Shown here one piece after another: positions 10,005 to 19,250 of a DNA stretch of 64,000 nt. The translations under genes were made by a program, and so were the position numbers. The stretch spans positions 24,099 through 88,098 of the forward strand of contig JAOZPP010000001.1 of the NCBI GenBank assembly GCA_029932675.1. Direction: 5' to 3'. Positions within the stretch are counted from its first letter, which is position 1. The number at the start of each line of letters is the position of its first letter. The notes under the pieces were generated by a model. That model did no database searches, was not told the DNA's origin, and saw nothing but the letters and a program-made list of their open reading frames with translations. Origin of the DNA: a bacterium (GTDB lineage Bacteria; SM23-81; DAOVCL01).

Positions 10005-10730
10005 CTACCTCCCCAACGCCAGCCTATCGGCCAGGTAAACAGGCAGTTTTACTTCCGCCATCTTCTCCTGTGTCCGCCCCACATCATAAGCATATCTCTT
10101 CAACTCCATAAAACCTTTCTTGGTGTCATAAATACAAGCGGCGGCTCTGAAGTCCCCATCCCTGGGCTGACCTACACTACCCACATTAACTATATACCTC
10201 AGATCAGGATTCAGCTTCAGTCCATCAAATCCCATCTTATGGCAACCATCCTCCTGCTGGGTAAAGAGAACAGGCTGATGGGAATGGCCAATAAGACATA
10301 TCCTCTCCGAGAAGGTTCTGAATTCCTGGCAAGCTTCCTCCGGAGAGAGCACATAGTTCCAAAGACTCGGCTCGGAGGGGGCAGAGTGAACCATAAGGAT
10401 ATCCCCCTCTATCCACCTCAGGGGAAGGCCTTTAAGATATGCCTTGTTCTCCTCACTCAAGACCTCTGATGTCCACCTTATGGCCATGCGGGCAAAAGTA
10501 TTAAAGTATTCTATTCCTGTTTTCCCCACCGCGGCCCAATCATGATTACCGGCGATTACCACTCCATTGGTCTCTCTAATCAATTGACAACATTCATTGG
10601 GATTAGGCCCGTACCCTACTAAGTCCCCTAAACAGAGAAGGAGATCATATCCTGTCCTTTGAAGGTTGTCGAGAACGGTCTCCAAAGCCTCTAAGTTCCC
10701 ATGCACATCCGAAACTATAGCATATCTCAC
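10005..10730 (-). CDS. metallophosphoesterase (calcineurin-like phosphoesterase)
   Basis: MRYAIVSDVHGNLEALETVL...LCLGDLVGYGPNPNE with GNHD/GH motifs. Confidence 0.7.
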   Translation of the reverse strand: MRYAIVSDVHGNLEALETVLDNLQRTGYDLLLCLGDLVGYGPNPNECCQLIRETNGVVIAGNHDWAAVGKTGIEYFNTFARMAIRWTSEVLSEENKAYLKGLPLRWIEGDILMVHSAPSEPSLWNYVLSPEEACQEFRTFSERICLIGHSHQPVLFTQQEDGCHKMGFDGLKLNPDLRYIVNVGSVGQPRDGDFRAAACIYDTKKGFMELKRYAYDVGRTQEKMAEVKLPVYLADRLALGR

Positions 10731-11164
10731 TGTTCTTCTCCCTTTCCTTCATGTTTTTCCACCACCTGTTTAGCTATCGAATCAAGTATTCCGTTTACAA
10801 ACCTACCCGATTCCTTAGTGCTGTACTTTTTGGCCAGCTCAATAGCTTCATTTATAGAAACCTTGGCTGGGATATCTGGAAACCAAAGGAGTTCACAGAT
10901 GGCCAACCTGAGGATGTTTCGATCCACGGTAGCAATTCGCCGCAACTCCCAGTGTTTAGCCACCTTACCGATCAGTGCGTCGATCTCCTCCCGATGAGAA
11001 AAGGCCTTCTGGCTCAGCTCAACAAGGAATGATTTGGTCCTCTCACCAAGTTCATTGTTGTTTAAAAGATACTCCAAAATGGTAGGCAATTCTACCTCAC
11101 CTACCTCTATGGCATATAAGGCCTGGAGGACAACCTCCCTGGCTTTCCTCCTTCTCCCCTCCAT
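10727..11164 (-). CDS. nusB: transcription antitermination factor NusB
   Basis: RRKAREVVLQALYAIEV... NusB signature. Start taken at the internal ATG (MEGRRRK, 11162-11164), 5 nt after the ribH stop. The longer ORF to 11227 would overlap ribH by 57 nt. This is the classic ribH-nusB linkage. Confidence 0.8.
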   Translation of the reverse strand: MEGRRRKAREVVLQALYAIEVGEVELPTILEYLLNNNELGERTKSFLVELSQKAFSHREEIDALIGKVAKHWELRRIATVDRNILRLAICELLWFPDIPAKVSINEAIELAKKYSTKESGRFVNGILDSIAKQVVEKHEGKGEEQ

Positions 11165-11169
11165 AATTT

Positions 11170-11637
11170 CTATTTCAACTTGGAGATAAGATCGATCATC
11201 TCTATTGCAGAAAGCGCTGCATCCCAACCCTTATTCCCCACCTTAGCCCCCGCCCTATCCAGAGCTTGATCTAAACTATCTGCGGTGATCACCCCAAATC
11301 CCACCGGAACCCCACTCTCCATCCCCACCTGCGCTACCCCCCGGGAAACCTCTTTGGCCACAAAGTCGAAATGCGGGGTCTCCCCCCTAATCACTGCGCC
11401 TAAGCAGATGAGAGCATCATACCTCCCCGTGTGGGCTAACCTTTTGGCTAAAAGCGGAAGCTCAAAGGCCCCTGGCACCCAAAAGATATCCAGTCCCTTT
11501 TCCTCCGCTCCATGCCTGCGGAGGCAATCCAAGGCCCCCTCTAAAAGACGGACACTAATCAGCTCATTGAACCTCCCTACCACTATGGCAAACCTTCTTC
11601 CTTCTGCCCTTAGTTGCCCTTTAATCTCCTTGCCCAT
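11170..11637 (-). CDS. ribH: 6,7-dimethyl-8-ribityllumazine synthase
   Basis: [19 protein letters not shown]...[19 protein letters not shown] is a lumazine synthase signature. Confidence 0.9.
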   Translation of the reverse strand: MGKEIKGQLRAEGRRFAIVVGRFNELISVRLLEGALDCLRRHGAEEKGLDIFWVPGAFELPLLAKRLAHTGRYDALICLGAVIRGETPHFDFVAKEVSRGVAQVGMESGVPVGFGVITADSLDQALDRAGAKVGNKGWDAALSAIEMIDLISKLK

Positions 11638-11848
11638 TTCTCCTCCTTCTCAGGGGGGTTAATCCACTCTATTCATAAATTGCCGCTGTTCACCCTCCAC
11701 CACCGTTGAGCCCTGTTTTTCGGCCTTGCCCGAAAGAGGCGGAGAACCATAAATAGCTAAAAAAGGTTAGGCCTATTGTTAATCAGTTTATGAATAATTG
11801 GGTTAATTACCAAGTCCATCCTCCCATTTACTCTCCCTGACCCTAATA

Positions 11849-13054
11849 TTAGATATTAAGGAGATGCCCCAATTTCTCTCTCTTTGTCCTCAGATATTTA
11901 AGGTTCTCCCGATTGGGAGGAACCTCTATGGGGACCCTCTCCACCACCTTCAGGCCATATCCTTCTAAACCAGCGATCTTTTTAGGATTATTGGTCATTA
12001 TCCTTACCGTTGTCAGGCCCAAATCAGCCAATATTTGGGCACCTATCCCATAGTCCCTTAGATCCGGGGGGAAACCCAGGGCTTGATTAGCTTCCACCGT
12101 ATCCTTTCCCTCATCTTGCAGCACATAAGCCCTAAGCTTGTTAGCCAGACCAATACCCCTTCCCTCCTGTCTCATATATAAAAATACACCCAGCCCCTCT
12201 TTTTCTATCATCCCCAGGGCATAGGCCAACTGCTCGCCGCAATCACACCTTAAAGAACCAAAAATATCCCCTGTGAGACACTGGGAATGAACCCTGACCA
12301 AAACATTCTTCTTACCAGCAACCTCACCCTTGACCAAGGCAATGTGGTGGTTGCCGGTAATCAGGCTCTCGTAGAGGTGAAGTTTAAAATTACCAAATTT
12401 GCTGGGCAAATTGGTAGTTACAACCCTAACTACCAACTTCTCGGTGCGGCGACGATAGCTGATTAGATCTTTTATGCTAATAAGCCTTAAGCCATGCTTC
12501 TGAGCCAATTCTTTCAGTCTGGGTAATTTGGCCATCGAACCATCATCATCCATTATCTCACAGAGGATACCTGCCGGGTAAAGACCAGCTAACTTAGCCA
12601 GGTCAACCACTGCCTCGGTGTGACCCGCCCTGCGTAATACGCCTCCATCCATAGCCTTCAGGGGAAAGATGTGGCCTGGCCGGGCCAGATCCTCCGGTCG
12701 GGTTTGCGGATCAATCAAGACCTTAATGGTCTCTGCTCGATCATATGCAGAAATCCCCGTAGTAGTGTTTCTAATAGCGTCAACAGAAACTGTAAAAGGC
12801 GTCCCCCATTTTGCCGTATTCTCAGCGACCATAGGGGAGAGCTTCAACTCCTCCAGCCTCTCCTTAGTCATCGGCACACAGATGAGGCCTCTCCCATACT
12901 TGGTCATAAAATTAATGGCCTCAGGGGTAACCTTTTCAGCGGCCATAATAAAATCCCCTTCATTCTCCCTATCCTCATCATCGACTACTATCACCATTTT
13001 CCCCTTCTTTACATCCTCAATGGCCTCAGCTATCTGGCTAAATATCTTTTCCAT
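11849..13054 (-). CDS. ribBA: bifunctional 3,4-dihydroxy-2-butanone-4-phosphate synthase / GTP cyclohydrolase II
   Basis: Shows DHBP synthase ([18 protein letters not shown]) and GTP cyclohydrolase II (CDCG zinc motif) signatures. Start taken at ATG 13052-13054 (MEKIFSQ). The upstream in-frame extension to 13132 overlaps ribE. Confidence 0.85.
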   Translation of the reverse strand: MEKIFSQIAEAIEDVKKGKMVIVVDDEDRENEGDFIMAAEKVTPEAINFMTKYGRGLICVPMTKERLEELKLSPMVAENTAKWGTPFTVSVDAIRNTTTGISAYDRAETIKVLIDPQTRPEDLARPGHIFPLKAMDGGVLRRAGHTEAVVDLAKLAGLYPAGILCEIMDDDGSMAKLPRLKELAQKHGLRLISIKDLISYRRRTEKLVVRVVTTNLPSKFGNFKLHLYESLITGNHHIALVKGEVAGKKNVLVRVHSQCLTGDIFGSLRCDCGEQLAYALGMIEKEGLGVFLYMRQEGRGIGLANKLRAYVLQDEGKDTVEANQALGFPPDLRDYGIGAQILADLGLTTVRIMTNNPKKIAGLEGYGLKVVERVPIEVPPNRENLKYLRTKREKLGHLLNI

Positions 13055-13628
13055 AATTCCTCTGGATAGCTTGCAGGTACTTGACGAAAAGGTCAAACTC
13101 CACATTAACCCTATCTCCCACCTTCTTCTCACCCAAGTTTGTAGCCATCAAGGTATAGGGAATAAGAAAGATAGAGAACCGATCCCCTGCGATCTTCCCT
13201 ACGGTGAGGTTGACCCCATTTATGGCCACAGAGCCCTTCTCCACTAAGAAGGGAATGAACTTTCGGTCTACCTCTATGGTTAGGGAAGTATCTATCTTTC
13301 CCCTTATCCTTCCCACCGTATCAATATGTCCGCTGAAAATCCAACCTCCGAGGCGGGAGGCAAGGGAGAGGGATCTCTCTAAGTTTAATTTCTCCCCAAC
13401 CTTCACCCTCCCCAACGTAGTCTCCTCAAGGGTATTCTTCACCACTTGCACTGAGAAGGAGGATCTACCTACTTCGGTCACTGTGAGGCAAACCCCATCT
13501 ACGGCTAAGCTCTCTCCCTCCTCTAATCCATCTAAAACCAAATCAGCCCCTATCCTCAACTGGCTCCCCCTGGCAATGGAAGAGATCCCCTCTAATCTTC
13601 CCAGTTCTTCAACTATTCCGGTGAACAT
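13038..13628 (-). CDS. ribE: riboflavin synthase alpha subunit
   Basis: [12 protein letters not shown]...two lumazine-binding repeats ([13 protein letters not shown] / [12 protein letters not shown]). Confidence 0.85.
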   Translation of the reverse strand: MFTGIVEELGRLEGISSIARGSQLRIGADLVLDGLEEGESLAVDGVCLTVTEVGRSSFSVQVVKNTLEETTLGRVKVGEKLNLERSLSLASRLGGWIFSGHIDTVGRIRGKIDTSLTIEVDRKFIPFLVEKGSVAINGVNLTVGKIAGDRFSIFLIPYTLMATNLGEKKVGDRVNVEFDLFVKYLQAIQRNYGKDI

Positions 13629-14706
13629 AGGCAGTTATGAGAAGGTCTTCACCTATCTTTCGGACCTTCATATTATAAAGTCTGTAAAGCGAGGAAAGTT
13701 CCCTCACCCCCAGATCCCCAAATCCCCCCCTGCCCTCCCCCATAATCTTTGGGGAGAGGAAGATGAGCACTTTGTCCACTATACCCTCCCGCAGAGCGGA
13801 GGTAAAAACTTCCCTTCCCCCTTCTATCAACAGGGAAGTTATCCCTTTGGCGCCTAAGACCTTTGCAGCCTCCCTCAGATCTATCATACCATCACTGGTT
13901 GCGGGTACCTCCCATATCTTTGCCCCCCTCTTTTCCATCTTCTCCTTCCACGCAGGGGAAGCCTGCGAAGTAGTCATTATAATCAATTTACCATCAGAGG
14001 AGAGCACATTGGCCCCCGGAGGGGTCCTTCCTTTACTATCCAACACGATCCTCAAAGGGGACTTACCCTTGATATGCCTCACGGTCAATTGGGGATCATC
14101 CTGCAAAACGGTTCCAATGCCGACAACAACAGCATCTACCCCACTGCGCAGGCGATGTACGCTGCGCCGTGACTCAAAGGAGGTAATATATCTTGAGATC
14201 CCCTCTGTGGTGGCGATCTTACCGTCCAGGGTCTGGGCTACCTTCAGGATAACAAAAGGCAATTTAGTGCGCACATACTTAAGATATGCTTCATTTAACT
14301 GGGTCGCCTCTTCAGCCAAAAGTCCCACCTCTACAGCAATGCCCTGGGAAGAGAGCTCGGCGAATCCCTTGCCATCAACGAGGGGATTCGGGTCCCTAAT
14401 TGAGGCTACCACCTTAGATATCTTCGCCCTGAGGATGGCCTCAGTACAGGGGGGGGTCCTTCCCCAATGACAACATGGCTCTAAATTGACATAAAGAACA
14501 GCACCCTCGGCCCTTCCACCCGCTTCCTTCAAGGCGACCACTTCAGCGTGAGGCTCACCAACTGCTCGGTGATAACCCTTCCCCACCACCTCTCCATCAT
14601 TCACTATTACCGCGCCCACTAAAGGGTTGGGGCTGGTCTTGCCCCATCCTCTCCTGGCCAACCTGATGGCCAACCGCATATATCTCAAATCGAGGTGATT
14701 CTTCAC
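13609..14706 (-). CDS. ribD: bifunctional diaminohydroxyphosphoribosylaminopyrimidine deaminase / 5-amino-6-(5-phosphoribosylamino)uracil reductase
   Basis: YMRLAIRLARRGWGKTSPNPLVGAVIV...HAEVVAL...PCCHWGRTPPC deaminase motifs plus a C-terminal reductase domain. GTG start at 14704-14706. Confidence 0.85.
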   Translation of the reverse strand: MKNHLDLRYMRLAIRLARRGWGKTSPNPLVGAVIVNDGEVVGKGYHRAVGEPHAEVVALKEAGGRAEGAVLYVNLEPCCHWGRTPPCTEAILRAKISKVVASIRDPNPLVDGKGFAELSSQGIAVEVGLLAEEATQLNEAYLKYVRTKLPFVILKVAQTLDGKIATTEGISRYITSFESRRSVHRLRSGVDAVVVGIGTVLQDDPQLTVRHIKGKSPLRIVLDSKGRTPPGANVLSSDGKLIIMTTSQASPAWKEKMEKRGAKIWEVPATSDGMIDLREAAKVLGAKGITSLLIEGGREVFTSALREGIVDKVLIFLSPKIMGEGRGGFGDLGVRELSSLYRLYNMKVRKIGEDLLITAYVHRNS

Positions 14707-14887
14707 AGAATCTCACGGAAGGAGCTCCATCGATGATTAACAACATTTGAGAACTTAAGGCAAATCAGAGATCCTAAGGTGCGTGCCGTTTTTCATCGAT
14801 GGTTGCTCATTGATCATTGACCATCTCCATTTCGGTATCTACTCATCCCCTGGAGGCCATTCATTTACAAAGGCCAATTTACCTCAA

Positions 14888-14915
14888 AATATAAGCCACT
14901 CTTCCCTAAAGTCAA
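14888..14915 (-). promoter_or_regulatory. candidate sigma-70-like promoter for the rib operon (TTGACT-N16-TATATT on minus strand)
   Basis: -35 TTGACT (~14910-14915) and -10 TATATT (~14888-14893) read on the minus strand, about 175 nt upstream of the ribD start. Confidence 0.3.
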
Positions 14916-14977
14916 GCCTTTTTCTCCCCTTGACATCCATATCAGGCCCCTATATCTTCTCTAAAAAAGGAGGAGTG

Positions 14978-15604
14978 ATGAAAAAATGGACAATTGGGCT
15001 GTTTTCCCTCACTTTAATTCTGATTAGCTCAGCCCAGGGGGGAATTGTTTTGGGGATAAGGCCTTCTGCCAAGTATGGAACCAACTACATCGGGCTGGAA
15101 CTTTCCCCCCGATTTTCCCTCTATGGGGGAGCGGACCTTTTACAAATCGATTTTAGGGAGGAATACTTGGGCGGGCAGGCCACAGCCTCTCTCTTCGTCC
15201 CCAATTTAGGCTTTAAGTTACTTCTGGGGGAGAAGGAATTGAAGGAGATTACTCCCTATTTTTCCTTGATGTTGCTCAAATCCTTTGCCACTTTGGAGAT
15301 CGATGATAACTCATCCTTAGGGGATTATCTAAGCGAAGCCGATGAAAAAGTGATGGAAGAGTTATTAGGGTTTTGGGGGGTAAGCCCGGCAGTGGGAGCT
15401 GAATACCCCTTCTCCCCTAAGTTCAGTTTAGGTGGAGAGATCGGGTACAGGATCTTCTTCGCCCAGGGAAAACTGGAAAGGGCAAGATGGGGAGGCTACT
15501 ATCTCTTTTCTGATCCTGAAATCAATCCTCCCAGCAACGAGGCTGTGATTAAAATGGATATGACCCGTACCTACGCAACTGCCTGCCTCAACTTCAGGTT
15601 CTAA
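14978..15604 (+). CDS. secreted hypothetical protein, possible outer-membrane beta-barrel
   Basis: AAGGAGG RBS at 14967-14973. ATG at 14978 gives the signal peptide MKKWTIGLFSLTLILISSAQG. Alternating hydrophobic pattern and C-terminal ...NFRF. The upstream in-frame extension from 14783 has no RBS. Confidence 0.5.
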   Translation: MKKWTIGLFSLTLILISSAQGGIVLGIRPSAKYGTNYIGLELSPRFSLYGGADLLQIDFREEYLGGQATASLFVPNLGFKLLLGEKELKEITPYFSLMLLKSFATLEIDDNSSLGDYLSEADEKVMEELLGFWGVSPAVGAEYPFSPKFSLGGEIGYRIFFAQGKLERARWGGYYLFSDPEINPPSNEAVIKMDMTRTYATACLNFRF

Positions 15605-15608
15605 ACCA

Positions 15609-15642
15609 AAGAGGCGGAATTTCTTAGAAATTCCGCCTCTTG
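15609..15642. terminator. perfect 15-bp-stem hairpin immediately after the stop of 14978..15604; possible bidirectional terminator
   Basis: AAGAGGCGGAATTTCT / AGAAATTCCGCCTCTT inverted repeat. The plus side lacks a U-tract. The minus side is followed by TTGGTTTAG. Confidence 0.4.
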
Positions 15643-15919
15643 ACATAAAACTGCCATCAATCTATACAAAAACTACAAATAGTGGGTAATTCTCATAGAT
15701 TAGAGATACTCTACAGAATATCGATGTTTTTCACAATTGGAGCAGGTGTAAATATCTCTATAAATAATCTCGTGGTCTTCTGGATGTTTTGCGATTTATC
15801 ATTACTCAATCTTCAGTGTCTACAAGCGCACGATCATTGGGAGCAATTATCTATAAAAGAGGAACGCGCAAAGAATCAAAAGTCTCCTCCTACTCCATTC
15901 TATTATAACCTTCTTCCAC

Positions 15920-18900
15920 TCATCTAATCAACACCATTTTCCTACTCTTTATCATCTTACCCCTATCACCTATCACCTGTAACCTACAAATGTATACCCC
16001 ACTGGCTACTGGTTTGCCCCAGCTATCCCTTCCATCCCAAAGGACCCGATAGTAACCAGGTTTTTGCTCTTCATCCACCAGCGTCCTCACCAGTCCCCCC
16101 AATACATTATAGACCTTCAAACTAACGTGGATCGTGCTCGTAGCCCCTGCTCGTGAACCCCCAATGGCTGAGGGTTGGTAACGGTCTCCGGGTAACGAGT
16201 AACGAATCACGGTTGTTGGATTAAAAGGATTGGGATAGTTCTGGGCAAGGCCAAATTCCTTAGGAAGATTGGCAGTTAACCCTTGGTTGTCCACCCCCTC
16301 CGGAGGCAAGATGATAAACGAAGAGTCACTTTCATCCATCCCCACATTCCCTGACCTGTCATAGGCCAAAATTCTGACGATACAGCTATCAGAAGTCAGA
16401 CTATCAGTAATCTCCCAGACAAATAAGGAATCAGCTACTACACCTCGAGCTATTGTATCCCCATAGGTCCTCCCTCCATCATAGGAGAGGAAAACACTCA
16501 GACTCTCAATCCCTATATTGTCTTCAGCCTTAAACTTAATGGTATCCCTCTCCCCTACCCTCCACCTCTCCCCCCCATTGGGCACCAAAACCTGAACCTG
16601 GGGAGGGGTTCTATCCACTATGCTGAAAAAACCTTTGGTTTGGCCCTGTCCGCTGTTGTGCAGGAAATCATAAGCTACCACCCTCAACTGGCAGCTATCC
16701 GAAACAATATTGGGAACTTGCCATAGGTATGTGCTGTCACTGCCTTCAACGACTGCTATGGAGTCCCATTCCGTTTCTTCTTGGAATTTATAGAAAATGT
16801 GAAGTGTCAGGATGTCATTCTCATCTGTGGCGCTCCAGAGAATTTGGGTTTGAGCTCCACAGCTTAAAGTCTCGCCAGGCGATGGGGAATAGATGGTAAC
16901 CACAGGGCCTTTTGTGTCCACCAAGGTTGAGCCTTCGGGAGCATCGGTGAAGGCTTCCACATTCCCGGCGCTATCCTGGGCAATGGTCTGAAACCAATAG
17001 TACCCATCTCCGCTATCGGCAGAAAAGTAAAAGGTGCTCCCTGATGCAGCCTCCCCGGAAAGTATCCAGTCTACCTCTTTCCACTTGTACTTGTAGAATA
17101 GCTGTATTTGGTAAATACCACTTGATGGTTGAGAATCCGTGGCTGCAAAGTGAATTTCAAAAAAGGAAGCATTAGAGGAGTCCGGAACCTCTGTCACCCA
17201 GGATGTTGGGTTCACTCGATCCAGGAAGATGCTGTCATTTGCTACAGGGCTTAGATTGTCGGCAACATCCTTAACCTGGGCATATACCCTGCGCCAGCCA
17301 TCACCCAAGGAGGGGGAGAGAACAAACATCAAGGTGTCTTGGAGGGGGATCCACCCAGTAGAATTCATATTAAAGGAGGGATCCTCTGCCAGCCTTACTG
17401 AATTGGGGTAACCACCATAACCAAGGGCAACAACTACGGTATCGCCGTTCGTGTATCGACTGGAGGAAGGGGGGCGGTTGGACAAGCTAATAGAACAAGA
17501 TAGTCGATCAGTTTTCACCACCACCGAATCCTCAGCCAGGAAACTCCTCTCCTCCCAATTTCCCGCTGAATCCTCGGCAATCATCTCAAAGAGATAAAGC
17601 GTATCGCCGGTAGCATTGAAAATAATAGGATTACCAGGGGAGGCACTACCATAAAGATGCCACTCCCCCCCCTTCTTCCTATAATAAAGCTTCACTTGGG
17701 CTACACCGCTTGAAGGAGCTGGGTCGGAGTAGGTATAAGGAATTTGGAAATTGACCTGGTTGATATAATCTGGCAAACCGGAAACCTCAGCCTGTGGTGG
17801 TGCCTTATCTAAAAAAATGCTCTTGCTCAAAATAGAGCTTCTATTACCTGCTGGATCTCTCACTTGAGCAAAAACACTCCGCCATCCCTCGGCACCTGGA
17901 GTTAGAATATACAAGTAGCTTTCGGCTATATCGATCCACCCAGTCGAATTCACGGAAAAACTGGGGTCCTCAGCCAATCTCATCTGGCTCGGTGAACCGG
18001 TATAGAAAAGGGAAAGGGCAAGGGAGTCGCTATTGGTAAACCGGGGTGAACCCGAACTTATGTCCCCCATTATCAGACTCTCCAGCACAGGAGCCGTAGT
18101 ATCTACAACCACGGAATCCTCGGCCTCAAAGATCTGGTTCTCGATGTTGCCCGCCGAATCTTCCGCCACCACCACAAAGAAGTAGGTCCCCTCCCTCCCT
18201 GAATGGAAAGAAAAGCTCCCATCAGGGCTCTCAGTTCCATAACTTACCCAACCCTCACCATTCTTCTTATAGAAAAGCTCCACTTGGGTCACACCACTTG
18301 AAGGATATGGATCGGAATAGGTATAGGGTATCTGAAAAGAGAGGGTATTAATATAATCAGGCAACCCTGAGACCTTGGCCTGCGGTGGAGCCGTATCCAA
18401 GAAGATACTCTCGCAAACCACCTGACTCGTGTACCCTAGAGAATCTCGCAACTGGGTATAAATCTCCCTTAACCCATCCCCAGAAGTGAGCATATAGGAT
18501 AATTCAGGAGTGAGCTCTTGCCAATCTGTGGAATTAATGGAGAAGAGGGCATCCTGTGCCAATCTCATCTCAGTTATGCCCCCTTTATACTCCTCTATCT
18601 TGACCCTCACTGATTCTTCGTTGGAGTATTTGGGAGAACCGGAATCCAGGTCCTCTAAGGTAACTCTTGTTAAGGTTAGCACTGTATAGGAAGGTGACTC
18701 TGGAGAGAGGGGTCCAACATTACCAATAGAATCTACTGCCGCTACCCGCACCTTATAGGTGTGGCCTCGTAAACCCTCTATGGAAGAACAAGTATCCGTC
18801 GCTGTTGCCACCTCTACATACTCCGAACTATCAACTGATTCGTAAATGTTATAGTGATCCACTGGTGATCCTTGAGTAGGAGGTGACCAACAGAAGCCAA

Positions 18901-18991
18901 TAGAGAGGGAATCGGCGAGAAGGGATTTCACCCCCAAAGAAAGGCTAAGGAGGAAGATAACAAAAGGAACCGTGGCTTTTTTTAACTTCAT
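15920..18991 (-). CDS. large secreted cell-surface protein with three tandem ~190-aa repeats, an FN3-like N-terminal domain and a T9SS type-A C-terminal sorting domain
   Basis: Signal peptide MKLKKATVPFVIFLLSLSLG. Repeats begin MRLAQDALFSINSTDW / MRLAEDPSFSVNSTGW / VRLAEDPSFNMNSTGW. C-terminal NYPNPFNPTTVIRYSLP...VSLKVYNVLGGLVRTL...SGVYICRLQV matches the Por secretion tail. Confidence 0.75.
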   Translation of the reverse strand: MKLKKATVPFVIFLLSLSLGVKSLLADSLSIGFCWSPPTQGSPVDHYNIYESVDSSEYVEVATATDTCSSIEGLRGHTYKVRVAAVDSIGNVGPLSPESPSYTVLTLTRVTLEDLDSGSPKYSNEESVRVKIEEYKGGITEMRLAQDALFSINSTDWQELTPELSYMLTSGDGLREIYTQLRDSLGYTSQVVCESIFLDTAPPQAKVSGLPDYINTLSFQIPYTYSDPYPSSGVTQVELFYKKNGEGWVSYGTESPDGSFSFHSGREGTYFFVVVAEDSAGNIENQIFEAEDSVVVDTTAPVLESLIMGDISSGSPRFTNSDSLALSLFYTGSPSQMRLAEDPSFSVNSTGWIDIAESYLYILTPGAEGWRSVFAQVRDPAGNRSSILSKSIFLDKAPPQAEVSGLPDYINQVNFQIPYTYSDPAPSSGVAQVKLYYRKKGGEWHLYGSASPGNPIIFNATGDTLYLFEMIAEDSAGNWEERSFLAEDSVVVKTDRLSCSISLSNRPPSSSRYTNGDTVVVALGYGGYPNSVRLAEDPSFNMNSTGWIPLQDTLMFVLSPSLGDGWRRVYAQVKDVADNLSPVANDSIFLDRVNPTSWVTEVPDSSNASFFEIHFAATDSQPSSGIYQIQLFYKYKWKEVDWILSGEAASGSTFYFSADSGDGYYWFQTIAQDSAGNVEAFTDAPEGSTLVDTKGPVVTIYSPSPGETLSCGAQTQILWSATDENDILTLHIFYKFQEETEWDSIAVVEGSDSTYLWQVPNIVSDSCQLRVVAYDFLHNSGQGQTKGFFSIVDRTPPQVQVLVPNGGERWRVGERDTIKFKAEDNIGIESLSVFLSYDGGRTYGDTIARGVVADSLFVWEITDSLTSDSCIVRILAYDRSGNVGMDESDSSFIILPPEGVDNQGLTANLPKEFGLAQNYPNPFNPTTVIRYSLPGDRYQPSAIGGSRAGATSTIHVSLKVYNVLGGLVRTLVDEEQKPGYYRVLWDGRDSWGKPVASGVYICRLQVIGDRGKMIKSRKMVLIR

Positions 18992-19250
18992 CTCCTTTAC
19001 CTCCTATTTGAACGCAGATAAATGCAGGTTGTCCCAATTTAAGACGACTGCGGTTATCAGCGAAAAGCTGCGTCCCAATTAATTCTACAAACTCCTTTTT
19101 AACAGAATTAACGAGATAAACTGAGTAGGCATCTTCGAGGAAGCAGAACCCCGATTCTGCCACCTCATTTTGTTTCAATCAAATTTATACAAATTTTCGT
19201 GATATTTCAAATGAACACAATAAAAGTTCTACAGAAAGGAACTGCTTCTC

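Noticed and set aside
11161-11227. Longer NusB start at 11227
   Set aside because: It would overlap ribH by 57 nt. The internal ATG gives the conserved NusB N-terminus and a 5-nt spacer.
12669-14470. Long plus-strand ORFs (12669..13247, 13204..13857, 13763..14470) antisense to ribBA/ribE/ribD
   Set aside because: They are shadow ORFs of highly conserved minus-strand riboflavin genes and have Ser/Pro-rich low-complexity products.
14707-14977. Possible FMN riboswitch in the ribD leader
   Set aside because: Reading the minus strand, none of the conserved aptamer blocks (GGGGCAGGGTGAAATTCCC, CCGGCGGT, GGATTCAGTGAAATTCTG) are present. Only a sigma-70-like promoter could be proposed.
14783-14977. 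N-terminal extension of the 14783..15604 ORF
   Set aside because: A strong AAGGAGG RBS and ATG at 14978 yield a canonical signal peptide. The extension lies in the divergent rib promoter region.
19153-19185. Plus-strand terminator-like hairpin GCAGAAccccgaTTCTGC + CACCTCATTTTGTTT
   Set aside because: No plus-strand gene lies upstream to terminate, and on the minus strand the U-tract is on the wrong side. Possibly a regulatory hairpin, so not called as a terminator.
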